From: the human T2T-CHM13v2.0 reference genome, Homo sapiens
Assembly: GCF_009914755.1 (NCBI RefSeq)
Contig: NC_060930.1
DNA: 64,000 nucleotides
Strand: one strand, 5' to 3'
The translations under genes and the position numbers were made by a program. The notes beneath the pieces were generated by a model, which saw only the letters and a list, made by a program, of their open reading frames with translations, was not told the origin of the DNA and made no database searches. Below are positions 1 to 16,942 of the stretch, piece after piece (position 1 is the stretch's first letter; every line of letters starts with the position of its first letter).

Positions 1-1521
<1,521 letters not shown>

Positions 1522-2011
1522 CATAAAAGGCATCCAAATTGGAAAAGAAGTCAAATTGTTCCTCTTCACAGACGACATAATCTTACATATAGGATAACCT
1601 AAAGACTTCAACAAAAAACTCTTAGAACTGATAAACAAATTCAGTAAAGTTGTTGAATGCAAAATCAACATATGAAAATCAGTAGCGTTTCTATACACTA
1701 ACAACAAAGTAGCTGGAAAAAAAAATCAACAAAGCAATCCTGTTTACAATGGCTACAAAAGAAAAAAAAATTCCACCTAGGAATAATTTAACTGAGGAGG
1801 TGAAAGACCTCCACAAGGAAAACTATAAAATACTGATGAAAGAAACTGAAGGAGACACAAACGAAAAAGCATCCCATGCTCATGGATCAGGAAAATATTA
1901 AAATGACTATGCTACCCAAAGCAATCTATAGACTCCATGAATTCCTATCAAAATTCCAATGACGTTTTTCACATAAAAAGAAAAAACAATCCTAAAATAT
2001 GTATGGAACCT

Positions 2012-2316
2012 GGCTGGGTACAGTGGCTCATGCCTGTAATCTCAGCACTTTGGGAGGCTGAGGTAGGTAGATCAACTAAGGCCAAGAATTTGAGACCAGT
2101 CTGGCCAGCACGGTGAAACCCCATCTCTACTAAAAATACAAAAAATTAGCCAGGCATGGTAGCAGGCACCTGTAATCCCAGCTACTTGGGAGGCTGAGGC
2201 AGAAGAATCGCCTGAACCTGGGAGGCGGAGACTGCAGTGAGCTGACATTGCACCTCTGACAGTGGCACTCTGGCCTTGGCAACAAGAGTGAAACTCCATC
2301 TAAAAAAAGAAAAAAA
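2012..2316 (+). mobile_element. Alu (AluS-like)
   Basis: Full dimer; imperfect TSD aaaat(a/t)tgtat(g/a)gaacc. Confidence 0.93.
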
Positions 2317-3141
2317 TTTGTATAGAACCAAAAAAGAGCCAGAATCACTAAAGCAATCCTGGGCAAAAGGGAGAAAGCTGGAAGCCTCACACTACCTGAC
2401 TTCAAAATGTACAAGACTACAGTAACCAAAACAGTATGGTCATGGTATAAAAACAGACACATAGACCAGTGCAACAGAATAAAGAAATCCACATACTTAC
2501 AGCCAACTGATTTCTGACAAAGGGGCCAAGAACAAACACTGGGGGAAGGACGCCCTCTTCAACAAATGGTACTGGGAAAACTGGTTATCCATATGCAGAA
2601 GAATACAACTAGAATGTTATCTCTCACCATATACAAAAATCAACTCAAGATAGATAAAAGACTTAAATGTAAAATCTAGAATATAAAACCACAAGAAGAA
2701 AACATAGGAGAAACACTCAGGACATTAGTCTAGGTAATGATTTTATGGAGACCTCAAAAGCACAGGCAACAAAAACAAATGGGACTACACTGTAAAAAGC
2801 TTCTGCACAGAAAAGGAAACAATCAACAGAATGAAGAGACCTCCTGTTGAATGGGAGAAAATATCTGCAAACTCTTCATCCTATAAGGAACTAATGTTAG
2901 ACATTTCCCAAAAGAAGACATCCAAATGGCCAAGAGGTATATGAAAAAAATGCTCAACATCCCTAATCATCCAGGAAATGCAGATTAAAACCACAATGAA
3001 ATATCATTTTACCCCAGTTGAATGGTTATTATCAAAAAAGACAAATAATAAGATGCCTTCAAGAATGTGGAGAAAAGGAGTCTGAAACACGGTTGGTGGG
3101 AATGTAATTAGTACAGCCATCATAGAAAACAGTATGGAGAT

Positions 3142-3477
<336 letters not shown>

Positions 3478-3494
3478 TCAAAAAACTAAAATAG

Positions 3495-3785
3495 GGCTGG
3501 GTGCGATGGCTCACACCTGTAATCCCAGCACTTTGGGAGACTGAGGTGGGTAGATCACTTGAGGTCAGGAGTTTGAGACCACCAGCCTGGGGAACATGGT
3601 GAAACCCTGTCTCTAATAAAAATACAAAAATTAGCTGGGCGTGGTGGCACATGCCTGTAGTCCCAGCTACTTGGGAGATGGAGGCTGAGGCATGAGAATC
3701 ACTTGAACCCAGGAGGAAGAGGTTGCAGTGAGCTGAGACTGTGCCACAGCACTTCAGCCTGGGCGATGGAGCGAGACTCTGTCTC

Positions 3786-3818
<33 letters not shown>

Positions 3819-3820
3819 AC
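3495..3820 (+). mobile_element. Alu with (CAA)n tail
   Basis: Full dimer; TSD aaactaaaata. Confidence 0.93.
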
Positions 3821-4152
3821 TAAAATATAACTACCATAAGATCCAGCAATCCCACTACTAGACATTTATCCAAAGAAAAGAAAACCAGTGTATCAAAAGG
3901 ATACTTGCACCCCCATGTTTACTGCAGTGCTATTCACAATAGCCAAGAAATGGAATCAATCTAAGTGTCCATCAGTAGATGAATGGATAAAGAAAATGTA
4001 GTATATATCCATAATGGAATACTCTTCAGCCCTAAAAAGAATGAAATCCTGTCATTTGCATCAACATGGGTTGAACTGGAGGTCATTATGTTAAGTAAGG
4101 CAAGCTAGGCACAGAAAGGCAAATATCCCATGTTCTCACTCTTATGTGAGAG

Positions 4153-4496
<344 letters not shown>

Positions 4497-4763
4497 TCAT
4501 GAAAGTAGAGAGTAGAATGATAGATATCAGAGGCTTAGAAAAGAGTGAGTGGGGTTGTAGTGGAGAAGCTAAAAAGAGAGGTATGTTAGTGAGTACAAAG
4601 ACAGAGTTAGAAGGAATAGTTCTAATGTTCCATAGAACAGTATGGTAACTACAGTTAACAACATAGATTACATATTTCAAGGTAGCTATGAGAAAATCTG
4701 AAATGTTCTCAATGCAAAGAAATGATAAATGCTTAAGGTAACTGATATCCCAAATACCCTGAC

Positions 4764-5830
4764 TACTGTGGGAAGTCAGGGACCCCAAATGGAGGGACCG
4801 GCTGAAGCCATGGCAGAAGAACGTGGATTGTGAAGATTTCATGGACATTTATTAGTTCCCCAAATTAATACTTTTATAATTTCTTATGCCTGTCTTTACT
4901 GCAATCTCTAAACATAAATCATAAAGATTGCATGGACACTTATCACTTCCCCAATCAATACCCTTGTGATTTCCTATGCCTGTCTTTACTTTAATCTCTT
5001 AATCCTGTCAGCTGAGGAGGATGTATGTTGCCTCAGGACCATGTGATAATTGCGTTAACTGCACAAATTGTACAGCATGTGTGTTTGAGCAATATGAAAT
5101 CTGGGCACCTTGAAAAAAGAACAGAATAACAGCAATTGTTCAGGGAATAGGAGAGATAACCTTAAACTCTGACCTCTGGTGAGCTGGCGGAACAGAGCCA
5201 TATTTCTCTTCTTTCAAAAGCAAATGGGAGAAATATCGCTGAATTCTTTTTCTCAGCAAGGAACATACCTGAGAAAGAGAATGCGCGCCTGGGGGTAGGC
5301 CTATGAATGGCCCCCCTGGGCGTAGCCGTCTCTTATGGTCGAGACTGCAGGGATGAAATAGACCCCAGTCTCCCATAGTGCTCCCAGGCTCATTAGGAAG
5401 GGAAAATACCCACCTAATAATTTTGGTCAGACCAGGTGCTCTCAAAACCCTGTCTCCTGATAAGATGTTATCAATGACAATGGTGCCCAAAACTTCATTA
5501 GCAATTTTAATTTCACCTCTGTCCTGTGGTCCTGTGATCTTGCCCTGCCTCCACTTGCCTTGTGATATTCTATTACCTTGTAAAGTACTTGATGTCTGTG
5601 ACCCACACCTATTTGCACACTCCCTCCCCTTTTGAAAATCCCTAATAAAAACTTGCTGGTTTTTGCGGCTTGTGGGGCATCACGTAACCTACCGACATGT
5701 GATGTCTCCCCTGGACGCCCAGCTTTAGAATTTCTCTCTTTTGTACTCTGTCCCTTTATTTCTCAAGCTGGCCGATGCTTAAGGAAAATAGAAAAGAACC
5801 TATGTGAATATTGGGGCAGGTTCCCCGATA
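4764..5830 (+). mobile_element. MER11 solo LTR (HERV-K HML-8 family)
   Basis: Starts ..gggaagtcagggacccc..ggagggaccggctgaagccatggcagaaga and ends ttccccgata; 6-bp TSD CCTGAC at 4758-4763 and 5831-5836; AATAAA at 5644. Confidence 0.92.
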
Positions 5831-6029
5831 CCTGACTTGATCATGATACATTCTATGCATGTATCAAAATATCACATATACCTCATAAATATGTACAAAT
5901 ATTATGTACCAACAGAAAATTAATGGTCAATGGAAAATATAGACCCATACAGGTTTTTAGTAACTTGTCCAAGATCATATAACTAATAAAAATAGCTGTG
6001 TCCAGAATCCAATTAATCTAATTCTGATT

Positions 6030-6210
6030 GAATAGTTTCCAAATTCAGGTGATTATCAGACTCACCTAAGAGGGCTTGTTGTTTTAAAAGATACATATCC
6101 GAGGCATTACCACTAAGAAATTCCCATTAATCATGTCTGAGGTTGGGTATGAGAATTCGTTTTAATAAACAGGTGATTCTCATCATCAGCTGGTCTTAGG
6201 AACTTTTGAA
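6030..6210. mobile_element. MER5-like hAT-Charlie MITE, degenerate
   Basis: atcagactcacct..gggcttgtt..caggtgattct pattern. Confidence 0.55.
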
Positions 6211-6341
6211 TGAGACTATTCTATCTATCCCTTTTATCCTCCTACTCCTAGTGAAATATAAAAGTACCCCTTCCCATCCTTATTTTTTGAGACTATAGAA
6301 AAGCCCACAGAGCAGTGCGTAGCCCACAGTAAGCAGCGTAA

Positions 6342-6654
<313 letters not shown>

Positions 6655-7319
6655 GTATCAGCTATTACGATTGGCAGCAATCATGAGAATGAGCTCAGTG
6701 GTCTCCCTAAACACCATCCATGTACAAGCACTGAACTAGGCACCTGAGACATAGTGGCAAGAAGGACAGACTCAGTTCCTGTTTGCAGATCCTGCAATCC
6801 ATCCCAATAAAAGTATGGTGAGACATAAGTTCAAGTCAGCAGGGGGCAGTATACGTGGTTAAGAACATGGTCCTTGTTTAACCTGTCTGAATCCCCATTT
6901 CTGCCAGACTACTTGTATGATCTTAGGCATGTTATTTAATCCACCTCTTGGCTCAATATAATTGGTGTAAATAACTGAAAACAGTGATCATAACATAATT
7001 AAGAACTCAAATGTTAGGTACAACTTATGTTATGATAGGAGAAATACAGTGCTATAGAAAGCCAGAGGAAAAGAACTAATCCAGAATTGAGTGGATCAGA
7101 GAAATATGCAGAAATTGAGCAGAGGCTACAGGAGGAGAATGGGACTGTTCGTGGCAGAAGAGACAGTTCAAAGGCCCACAGGTAAGACAAAGAACAAGAA
7201 ATTAGGGAAGTCTAGCTAGAAAATAGAGTACAAGTGTGGGGAGGTGAGAAGGACACACAAAAATTAACCAGATGCATATAAGTCACAGACTTGTTTTTGT
7301 TTTGAACAGCAATGAGATT

Positions 7320-8105
7320 TATTTTTTCAACTTTTATTTTAGGTTCAGGGTACATGTGCAGGTTTGTTATAAAGGTAAACTTGTGTCACAGGGGTTTGTT
7401 ATACAGATTATTTCTTCACCCAGGTACTAAGCCTAGTATCCAATATTATTTTTTCTGATCCTCTCCCTCCTCCCACCCTGTGCACCCTCCAGTAGGCCCC
7501 AGTGTCTTTGTTCCCTTGTGTACAAGTGTACTCAATGTTTAGCTCCCACTTATAAGTGAGAACTTGTGGTATTTGGTTTTCTGTTCCTGTGTGAGTTTGC
7601 TAACGACAATGGCCTCCAGCTCCATCCACGTTCCTGTAAAAGGCACAATCTTATTCTTTTTTATGGCTGCATAGTATTCCATGGTGTATATGTACAACAT
7701 TTTCTTATCCAAACTGTCACTGATCAGCATTTAGGTTGATTCCATGTCTTTGCTATTGTGAATAGTGCTGCAATGAACATTCACCTACATGTGTTTTTAT
7801 GGTAGAATGATTTATATTCCTTCAGGTATATACCCAGTAATGGAAATGCTGGGTCAAATGGTAGTTCTGTTTTTAGCTCTTTGAGGAATAGCCACACTGC
7901 TTTCTGCAACGGTTGAACTAATTTATACTTCTACCAACAGAGTATAAGCATTCCTTTTCTCTGCAGCCTCGCCAGCATTTATTTTTTGACTTTTTAATAA
8001 TAGCATTCTGACTGGTGTGACATGGTATCTCATTGTGCTTTTGATTTGCATTTCCCTAATGATTAGTGATGCTGAGTTTTTCATATGCCTGTTGGCTGCA
8101 TGTAT
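7320..8105 (-). mobile_element. 5'-truncated L1PA/L1PB 3' end
   Basis: Reverse-strand [18 protein letters not shown]; L1 3'UTR; cagacttg repeated near both flanks. Confidence 0.9.
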
Positions 8106-10480
8106 CAGACTTGATTCTGAGGGCTACAAGGAATATGATGACCTATTTTTGTATTTTAGAAATATTGCCCTGTCTGCAATGTGGAGCACCAAATGGTGGT
8201 GGGGAATAGGGAGAGGAGTGGGGTCTAGGGAAACAAAAAATTAATCAGATGGCTACATGATAATTCCCTATCTTTTCCCTCAGACCTTTTGGGTAGTGCT
8301 TTTTTTGCCTCACATAATTTTCCAATAAAAAATTTCTATTCACTGTTTCCTTTCACTATTTTTTAAACTTTCTAAAATACTCAGGCCAGATCTGTTGCCT
8401 TTCCACCAGTGCTAACTTTCATTTGTATTCACATTACCATATCTTGGTTTTATTTCTCCTTTTTTCCTTACCTGATGCTTATCATCCTTCATATTAAACT
8501 TTGTTCAGTTTTAATGAGATAACTGTAGTATAATTTAGCAAAGAGAAGAAGTGAAAAACTCAATTTACTATCAAATCAGTACTTGTACCTCTATTATTAA
8601 AAGATGCAAGGAGCTTCTCTTTTTGTTACAGACACTAAGTAGAGGGGAAAAGCCCACTTTTAAAGTTTAAAAATATAAGAAATGAAAATGATCAAAGGGG
8701 AGATATATGACCTTCTCTGGGTGTTTCCAAAATTCCCAAGAGTAAATTGAGCCAACACCACATGATAAACAAAAATATCCTTGCAACTGTTTTACTTGGA
8801 CTTTAAAACTACTAAGTACCTGTTCAATTTTATCCTTAAAAAAATTTACATAGGTTAAGTTGCCATTTTCTCAAATATCTCTGTATAATACCTTGAGCAA
8901 TTTAGCACCTAGGAAAAATGGTAAAATCAGGTAAGATCCCTTCGAATACAGCGTTTTCCTCAAATCTATTTTGAAGTATATTGATAGATACCGTAACTAC
9001 ACAGTATTCTTTTGGTGACTGGTCTGATTGGTAAAATAATAGAAAGATTGAAATTTTCTTAATTTCTTCCATGTAAATAAGAGGACTATGATTTTCTGAA
9101 TATAACCCCAATGATGAGAGGCACAACACAGGTTTCAGCAATTCCATAATAACACCTTTTATAATAACTAAAAAGAAAACAGAGGAAATAAGATGGAACA
9201 CAAAAATTATTCAATTAAAACCAAAAGTGCATGAAAAGTAGAAACAGAAATAAACAACAGATGGGATGTATAGAAAAAACAGCAAGATTCTGGTCTTATA
9301 ATTGAATTTAAGAGCTGAGTCTCAAAGAGCTTAATTGGCAAAACGCTGCGCAGCTAACAGGTGGTGGGAACCAAAGTTCATGTAAATTGTACCAGAGCAC
9401 AATGCACTTCTGATTCTGGCAGAAGTATTAAGGTTTTATGAAATAAAAAAAAAATCTTTCATAAAACTAATATACTTATGTGTTGAAGCAACTCAGAGAA
9501 CTGAACTTTTGGATTTCTTTCTGAACTAATGAGCTGAGGCAGGATTTTATATAAGGATATCAATTTGAGATTTTCCAGTCTCTACAATTATTCAATCAGC
9601 ATGATGGTTTTTTAAAAAGCTGTGGGGAGGGGAAAGAAGGGAAGAAAAATAGCCTATGGAATAGACTTCACATAATATCTTTTGGTAGCCATTTGTTGCA
9701 GCTCATTTTACCTTAGTTTTTGGTTCAAGAAGGATGTTTATATAGGCCTATGGCTATTTACTCTGTTTACGTATCTGCCTCCTGTTACTATTTTTTCTGT
9801 ATTTAGGCCAGAAATTGCACACACTAGTTTTACAGTGCTTTATTTAACTGGATTATTTGCCTGTTATCAGTAAGCAAAAGAAAATGCACTTTTTCAAGGT
9901 ACTCAGAGATAACATCTTCCAACTTGAGGGCAAGATTTTCTCAGCTAATTTCACTATTTTTATGTAATTATTTTTATCATTCTTCATATTAAGTTTTTGT
10001 GTGGTTTTAATGAGATAACTCATATAATTTGGCAAACAGAAAAGGTAAAAAACTCAAAAACTTATGATCAAATCAGTACTTGTGCCTCTAGTATAATTTT
10101 AAAAGATGCAAGGTGCTTCTATTACTGTAAGAGATTAAAAAATACTATAAAGTTTGTCACAAATATCTTTATACTCTTATTAACAGCTTCACTTATCAGC
10201 AAAACAAGACTTTATTGATCTTTATAAAACTAGTACTGAAAGTAGTTAACTACTGAATCATTCTGGTTCCATGATTAAACTGGTTCTGTAGTTGAACTAT
10301 TGGAAATAACTTCTAAACGTAAACTTCCTAATGACTGAAATACATTTATGTCATTTAAATTTTCGCTTCTTGAATATAGTACCTTAAAGATGTTATTAGA
10401 ACTGTACTTTTCTAATTTTAGAACCGTATGCAAACTTGCACTTTTTCCCATCAAAACCAAAAAAAAGGTAACTCTATTAC

Positions 10481-10571
10481 ATGAAAAAAACGTTCAATAA
10501 AGAATAGGTCCAATAAAAAAGTAACAAAAAATATTATATGAAAAAAATTTTCAATAAAGAGTAGGTCCAAT
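10481..10571 (+). repeat. Tandem duplication, 57-bp period
   Basis: atgaaaaaaa..ttcaataaaga.taggtccaat occurs at 10481 and 10538. Confidence 0.88.
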
Positions 10572-11035
10572 TTGTTCAGCACAAGCACAAGTTATATCCA
10601 TGTGGTGTCCAGATCTTTGAGGTACAGTTTCTATATATCATATATGCATATTCTCAGTTCCTAACCAATACTGTGTGGAAAGTATTTCTCTCATACATTT
10701 GGATAGCGGATGTATTAAAACTACTTTGGCCAGTACCACAGAATCTCCTAACTCTTTAAACTAAATAAAAATAAAGAAAAAAAATCACTACACATTTATA
10801 TTTTAATAACCAGTGCTTTTTAGGGGAATAGCAACACAATTAATGCTTTAACCTTTTCAAACTCTGTAAGATGCTTTGTTTTATACCATTAGAATAAAGC
10901 ATATGCTCAAATTGAATTTAACTGTCCTATATATCTTATGAAGCAAAATTAGCTTTTATTTATAGAAAACATGTTGTCCTTTCTGAAGTCTTGTGACTTC
11001 TAACATAAGTCTTCTAACAGAGTAAGTTAAATTCA

Positions 11036-12658
<1,623 letters not shown>

Positions 12659-12931
12659 CTCTCTTGTAGAGATACACATTGAAGTATATGATATATTTGG
12701 GATTTATTTCAAAAATAATCTGGGATTATCCAAAAATAGTCTGGGATGGGAGGAAGGGGAGGATGTGGGATATATATAGTTAGTATACAAGTAGCCAAGT
12801 TGATAATTATGAAGCCAAAAAATGGGTACATGAGAGTTTATTACACTATGTTCTCTACTTTTAGATGTGCTTGAAACTTTTGTTAATAAACTGTTAAAAA
12901 ACAGACGTCTAACAGATGCTTATGGTCTTAC

Positions 12932-13075
12932 CTTATCTTTAGATGAAGAATGCTTCTTGGCAGCTCTAGGTTGATGAATATTTTCTATAGTAACATTGCC
13001 ACTGTATCGATCATGATCTGTCTCCCGTAAACTTCTATATTTATTCATTCTTCCCCAAAGTAAAGGTTTTGAAAC
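12932..13075 (-). CDS. USP45: USP45 exon 13 (144 nt): VSKPLLWGRMNKYRSLRETDHDRYSGNVTIENIHQPRAAKKHSSSKDK
   Basis: catttacatag|GTT acceptor, AAG|gtaaga donor; cumulative CDS 1308 nt = 436 codons with no stop. Confidence 0.95.
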
Positions 13076-13407
13076 CTATGTAAATGCCACATACAGAAAC
13101 CAAAACCTCTTTAGTAAATAAATTCTGGATGTCCTCATCTTAAAATTTTTGACTGACTTGAAATACAAAAAATTAACAAATTATCAAAATAAAAAGTGTT
13201 TAAGAGTTTAAATTCCTTGAGAATAAAAACCATCATACTTTATGCATACTTACACAAACCCCCAAATCAGACTCAATTATGAATACAAACTCAATTATAT
13301 ATAAAAAATAATGACTCTCAGATATCTGGTAATATACTCAACAAATGTTTAAATAAATGATTAAATGTTCTTCACCAAAGCTTCATCATTAGTTTTCTTC
13401 TCCTTAC

Positions 13408-13464
13408 CCTTTCTTCTATTATAGGAAGTGAAATATCAATGAATGGATCTTTCACCGTGGAGAT
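13408..13464 (-). CDS. USP45: USP45 exon 12 (57 nt): ISTVKDPFIDISLPIIEER
   Basis: ttttccttttaag|ATC acceptor, AGG|gtaagg donor; USP (D/E)PF.D(L/I)SLP motif. Confidence 0.97.
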
Positions 13465-14350
13465 CTTAAAAGGAAAACACATTGAAAACTTCAGTTAGAA
13501 TTCTAATATAAACATACAGTTTTGTAAAGTACAAAGAAATCAAACTTCCCGGGCAACCTAAAATTTTACGTTAAAAACTGTTCCTGAAAAAAATAGCAAT
13601 TTAATTGGGTATTGCAGCACATTGTTAATCAAAACAAGATATTCTCAAACATCAGTGAATGGTGATCCAATTGAATTTTATATTACTGTCAATATGACTG
13701 GCCTGTAATATTTAAAATAACTTAAAAAAACTGTTTAATAAAACAGATTAACTAAAGAGACTAGACATTTTTGGTTAGCTTAGGGCTGTAACATAAGTAA
13801 ACTATGAAATGTTAAGAAAAAGCCATGAAAAAAAGCAGAGAGCTTGGCTGTGTTTTATAGATTCTTTAAGATAATTTTGTTTTAAAAGATACTCTCTATC
13901 TTGTGAGAGAGAAAACAACTTCTGTGTTGAATAGTCTAGAAACTTAAATAATCATGGTCATGCATTCTGTGTTTCAATGTGACAGGCTAGAATGAGATAT
14001 ATTTTATAATCCTGCTTCTTTAAGGCTAGAGAACACAGAAAAATACTCATAATCTGGGACAGGAAAATGAATAAAGGCTCCTTTTACTATTAAAATCTAA
14101 CAGAAATTTAAACCTATCATACTCTAAGTCATACACTTACAGAAATATTCCTTGCCAAGCAATTGAAAATCTACAAAAAATTCATACATGCTTTAAGTTG
14201 TTAAAGATGGCATTCAAAATAAAAATTATTAAGTTCAAAGTGAGTGAAGTCTACACAAAAATCTTTAATACGTCATATAAACTTTAAATCAAAGGTGATA
14301 TAACCACCCTAAATTATGTTAATACATTAAGTTATTTCTATTGGAATTAG

Positions 14351-14660
<310 letters not shown>

Positions 14661-14999
14661 TAGGGCACTGCAACGTAGCACAGTTACTCTCTTCACAGAA
14701 GTTTTTCTCTCACTTCAAACAGATAGCTAATGAATTTCAGTATATTAAGATAGGCTAAAACTGCCTCATAGGTGTGTCATGAGGAAAAATAACACAAAAA
14801 TACATTTACTTTTAAAAATATATAAATTATCACATTTACTTTCTAGGAGTGTAGCGTATAAAAAGACTTTCAAGAATCATTATGTAATCATCTGTCAAAT
14901 TTTAAAAATGACTGCCAATGATTATATGTGAAAGAAAATATAATAAAAATGATGTGATTGTAATCCATTCCATGCTGAATTGAATTCTAAAGTACCTAC

Positions 15000-15091
15000 A
15001 TTTGCACATTCTTCACACATGACCGTGCTAGTTAATTCACCAATAAAGATCCGATCTATGAAGTTCATTTTCACACCTTCTTTTCCATATG
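15000..15091 (-). CDS. USP45: USP45 exon 11 (92 nt): (A)YGKEGVKMNFIDRIFIGELTSTVMCEECAN
   Basis: tttttacag|CA acceptor, AAT|gtaggt donor; USP IF.G.L.S.V.C..C finger motif. Confidence 0.97.
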
Positions 15092-16860
15092 CTGTAAAAA
15101 TCATACTTTTTAATGCAAAAAACATGTCAACCATCCATCTAGCAGTATAATAGGCTATCTTCTGGTTATTCAAAAGTAATCTGAATAAGATATTCTGTAC
15201 TACATTTAATAATACATTTTACTATACATACAACATTCTAAAGTCTTTCTCCTTTACAATTTTGTAGCAGATTTACGACTATCAACTACTTTAGTCTCCA
15301 AGAAATAATGAACTATTCTTAAGAGGTAAAACAAAACAACCACTATTCGTACCACACCTCAACCACTCCCATTAAAACTTATAAAACCTCATGTCTAACC
15401 AATAAGTACCCAGAAGAATGGAAAAGGAGATTATGCTATCAGGACTACGGATGCCAGGATCACGGCTATGAAAATAACAGTCGTAAAAGGCAAGTGTAAG
15501 GAATTAACATAGGTAATTAAGAACTCAAGAACATGGTTATATTTTTAAAAGTTAAAATTATTCTGCTCAGGAAATATTTATAAATTAAAAAAATGCCAAT
15601 GACTTAGTTTAAAATAACCTGAGGTTGGGACAAAATGGATTAAACATAAACCATGAACGCAGTTTAAGTTGGGTGACAGATATAAAGGGCTGCATTATGC
15701 TATTCTCTCTACTTTAATAAAAATTTGAAACTTTCCATCATAAACCATGGGAGGAAAAAGTATATTAACAAACCTATTCACCCCTCTTTCAAACTTCTTT
15801 TTTGAGCCTCTATCTTCAAGTTTCATACAAACAATATTCAAAATCATTTAAAATATTAGAGCACTGAATGACAGAAAACATGTGAATATATCAGTAAACA
15901 TTAATTAAAATTGTATTTAGAAATACTATAATAATAAAGATATTTCTTCTAGAAAAACTAAAAGGGATTGGAAATAGTACAAAACTGGAAAGAGGGGGAA
16001 GAAAAACGGGGCTGTTATTCTAAACATCCACGAGATGGCACTATCTCAACACAAAAGAACAAGGCATATTTGAGCAGCTACGTTTTTTAAAAATCTTGAA
16101 CCCTTAATTACAATAAAGTGCACAGTAACAATGTGTGTATGTTTGCAAATTATAGACCTGTAGTACATACATTATAAAACCACAAAAACAAAAGTTAGAA
16201 AAAAATACAAATAATATTTTTAAATGTCTTCTAAAAATCACTTCATGCTAACATTAGTATCTCAATGCAGAATATACATTTAGGGCAAGGTATATAAACC
16301 CTATATAGTATTGATAATGATAAATAACCAACTTTGATTAGGTAATCATCATTTGGGGCTCATATTTTTATGGATGAATAGCAAACACTAGGAGTAGGCA
16401 AAGTGCACTTACACTTGACTTACCAGCACTCTCTTCAATAAACGGTTTATTTGCAGGAGTCTTTGGAGCACTTAAACATTTTGTCTAGTTACATCTAAAA
16501 AATATCCATAAATCCATTGATCCAAACACATGTCAAATGATACAATATGATACATATGAACTTCCAAGTGTGGTTGCTACTTTCAACAACCTTTCAAGTT
16601 TCCCTTAGAAGACCTCACATAAAGGTATCGGTGTCAATCTGTATACTTGGTATAGCTTTATTCTTATAAATTCACATGAATACATTCTAGCATTTTCTAT
16701 GTTCCACTAAAGTATTTTTCAGACACTGCAGCAACTACGTCCTCCTTTTAAAGCCACTACTTTGGTGGATTAGTTCACATAATGTTCAGTTCTTTTTCCA
16801 ACTAAAATAAAATTTTAATATTTTCTTAAAGAAAAAAGTTTTAACAAAGAGTCAACATAC

Positions 16861-16942
16861 CTTTGACTTTTTTTCTAGTTTCATCATCAGCAGTTTTAGT
16901 AGTTGGGTTGTTAAATGCTTTTAGAATGCTAGCTTGTATTCG
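16861..16942 (-). CDS. USP45: USP45 exon 10 (82 nt): RIQASILKAFNNPTTKTADDETRKKVK
   Basis: tttgttttacag|CGA acceptor, AAG|gtatgt donor; visible within ORF 16841..17026. Confidence 0.96.

Noticed and set aside
4156-4183. 28-nt A run upstream of an AluY suggesting a separate retrocopy tail
   Set aside because: It sits at an A-rich position of the L1 3'UTR used as the Alu target; best explained as homopolymer expansion.
8902-9201. 99-aa minus-strand ORF
   Set aside because: No domain similarity or convincing flanking splice sites; begins at a non-ATG codon.
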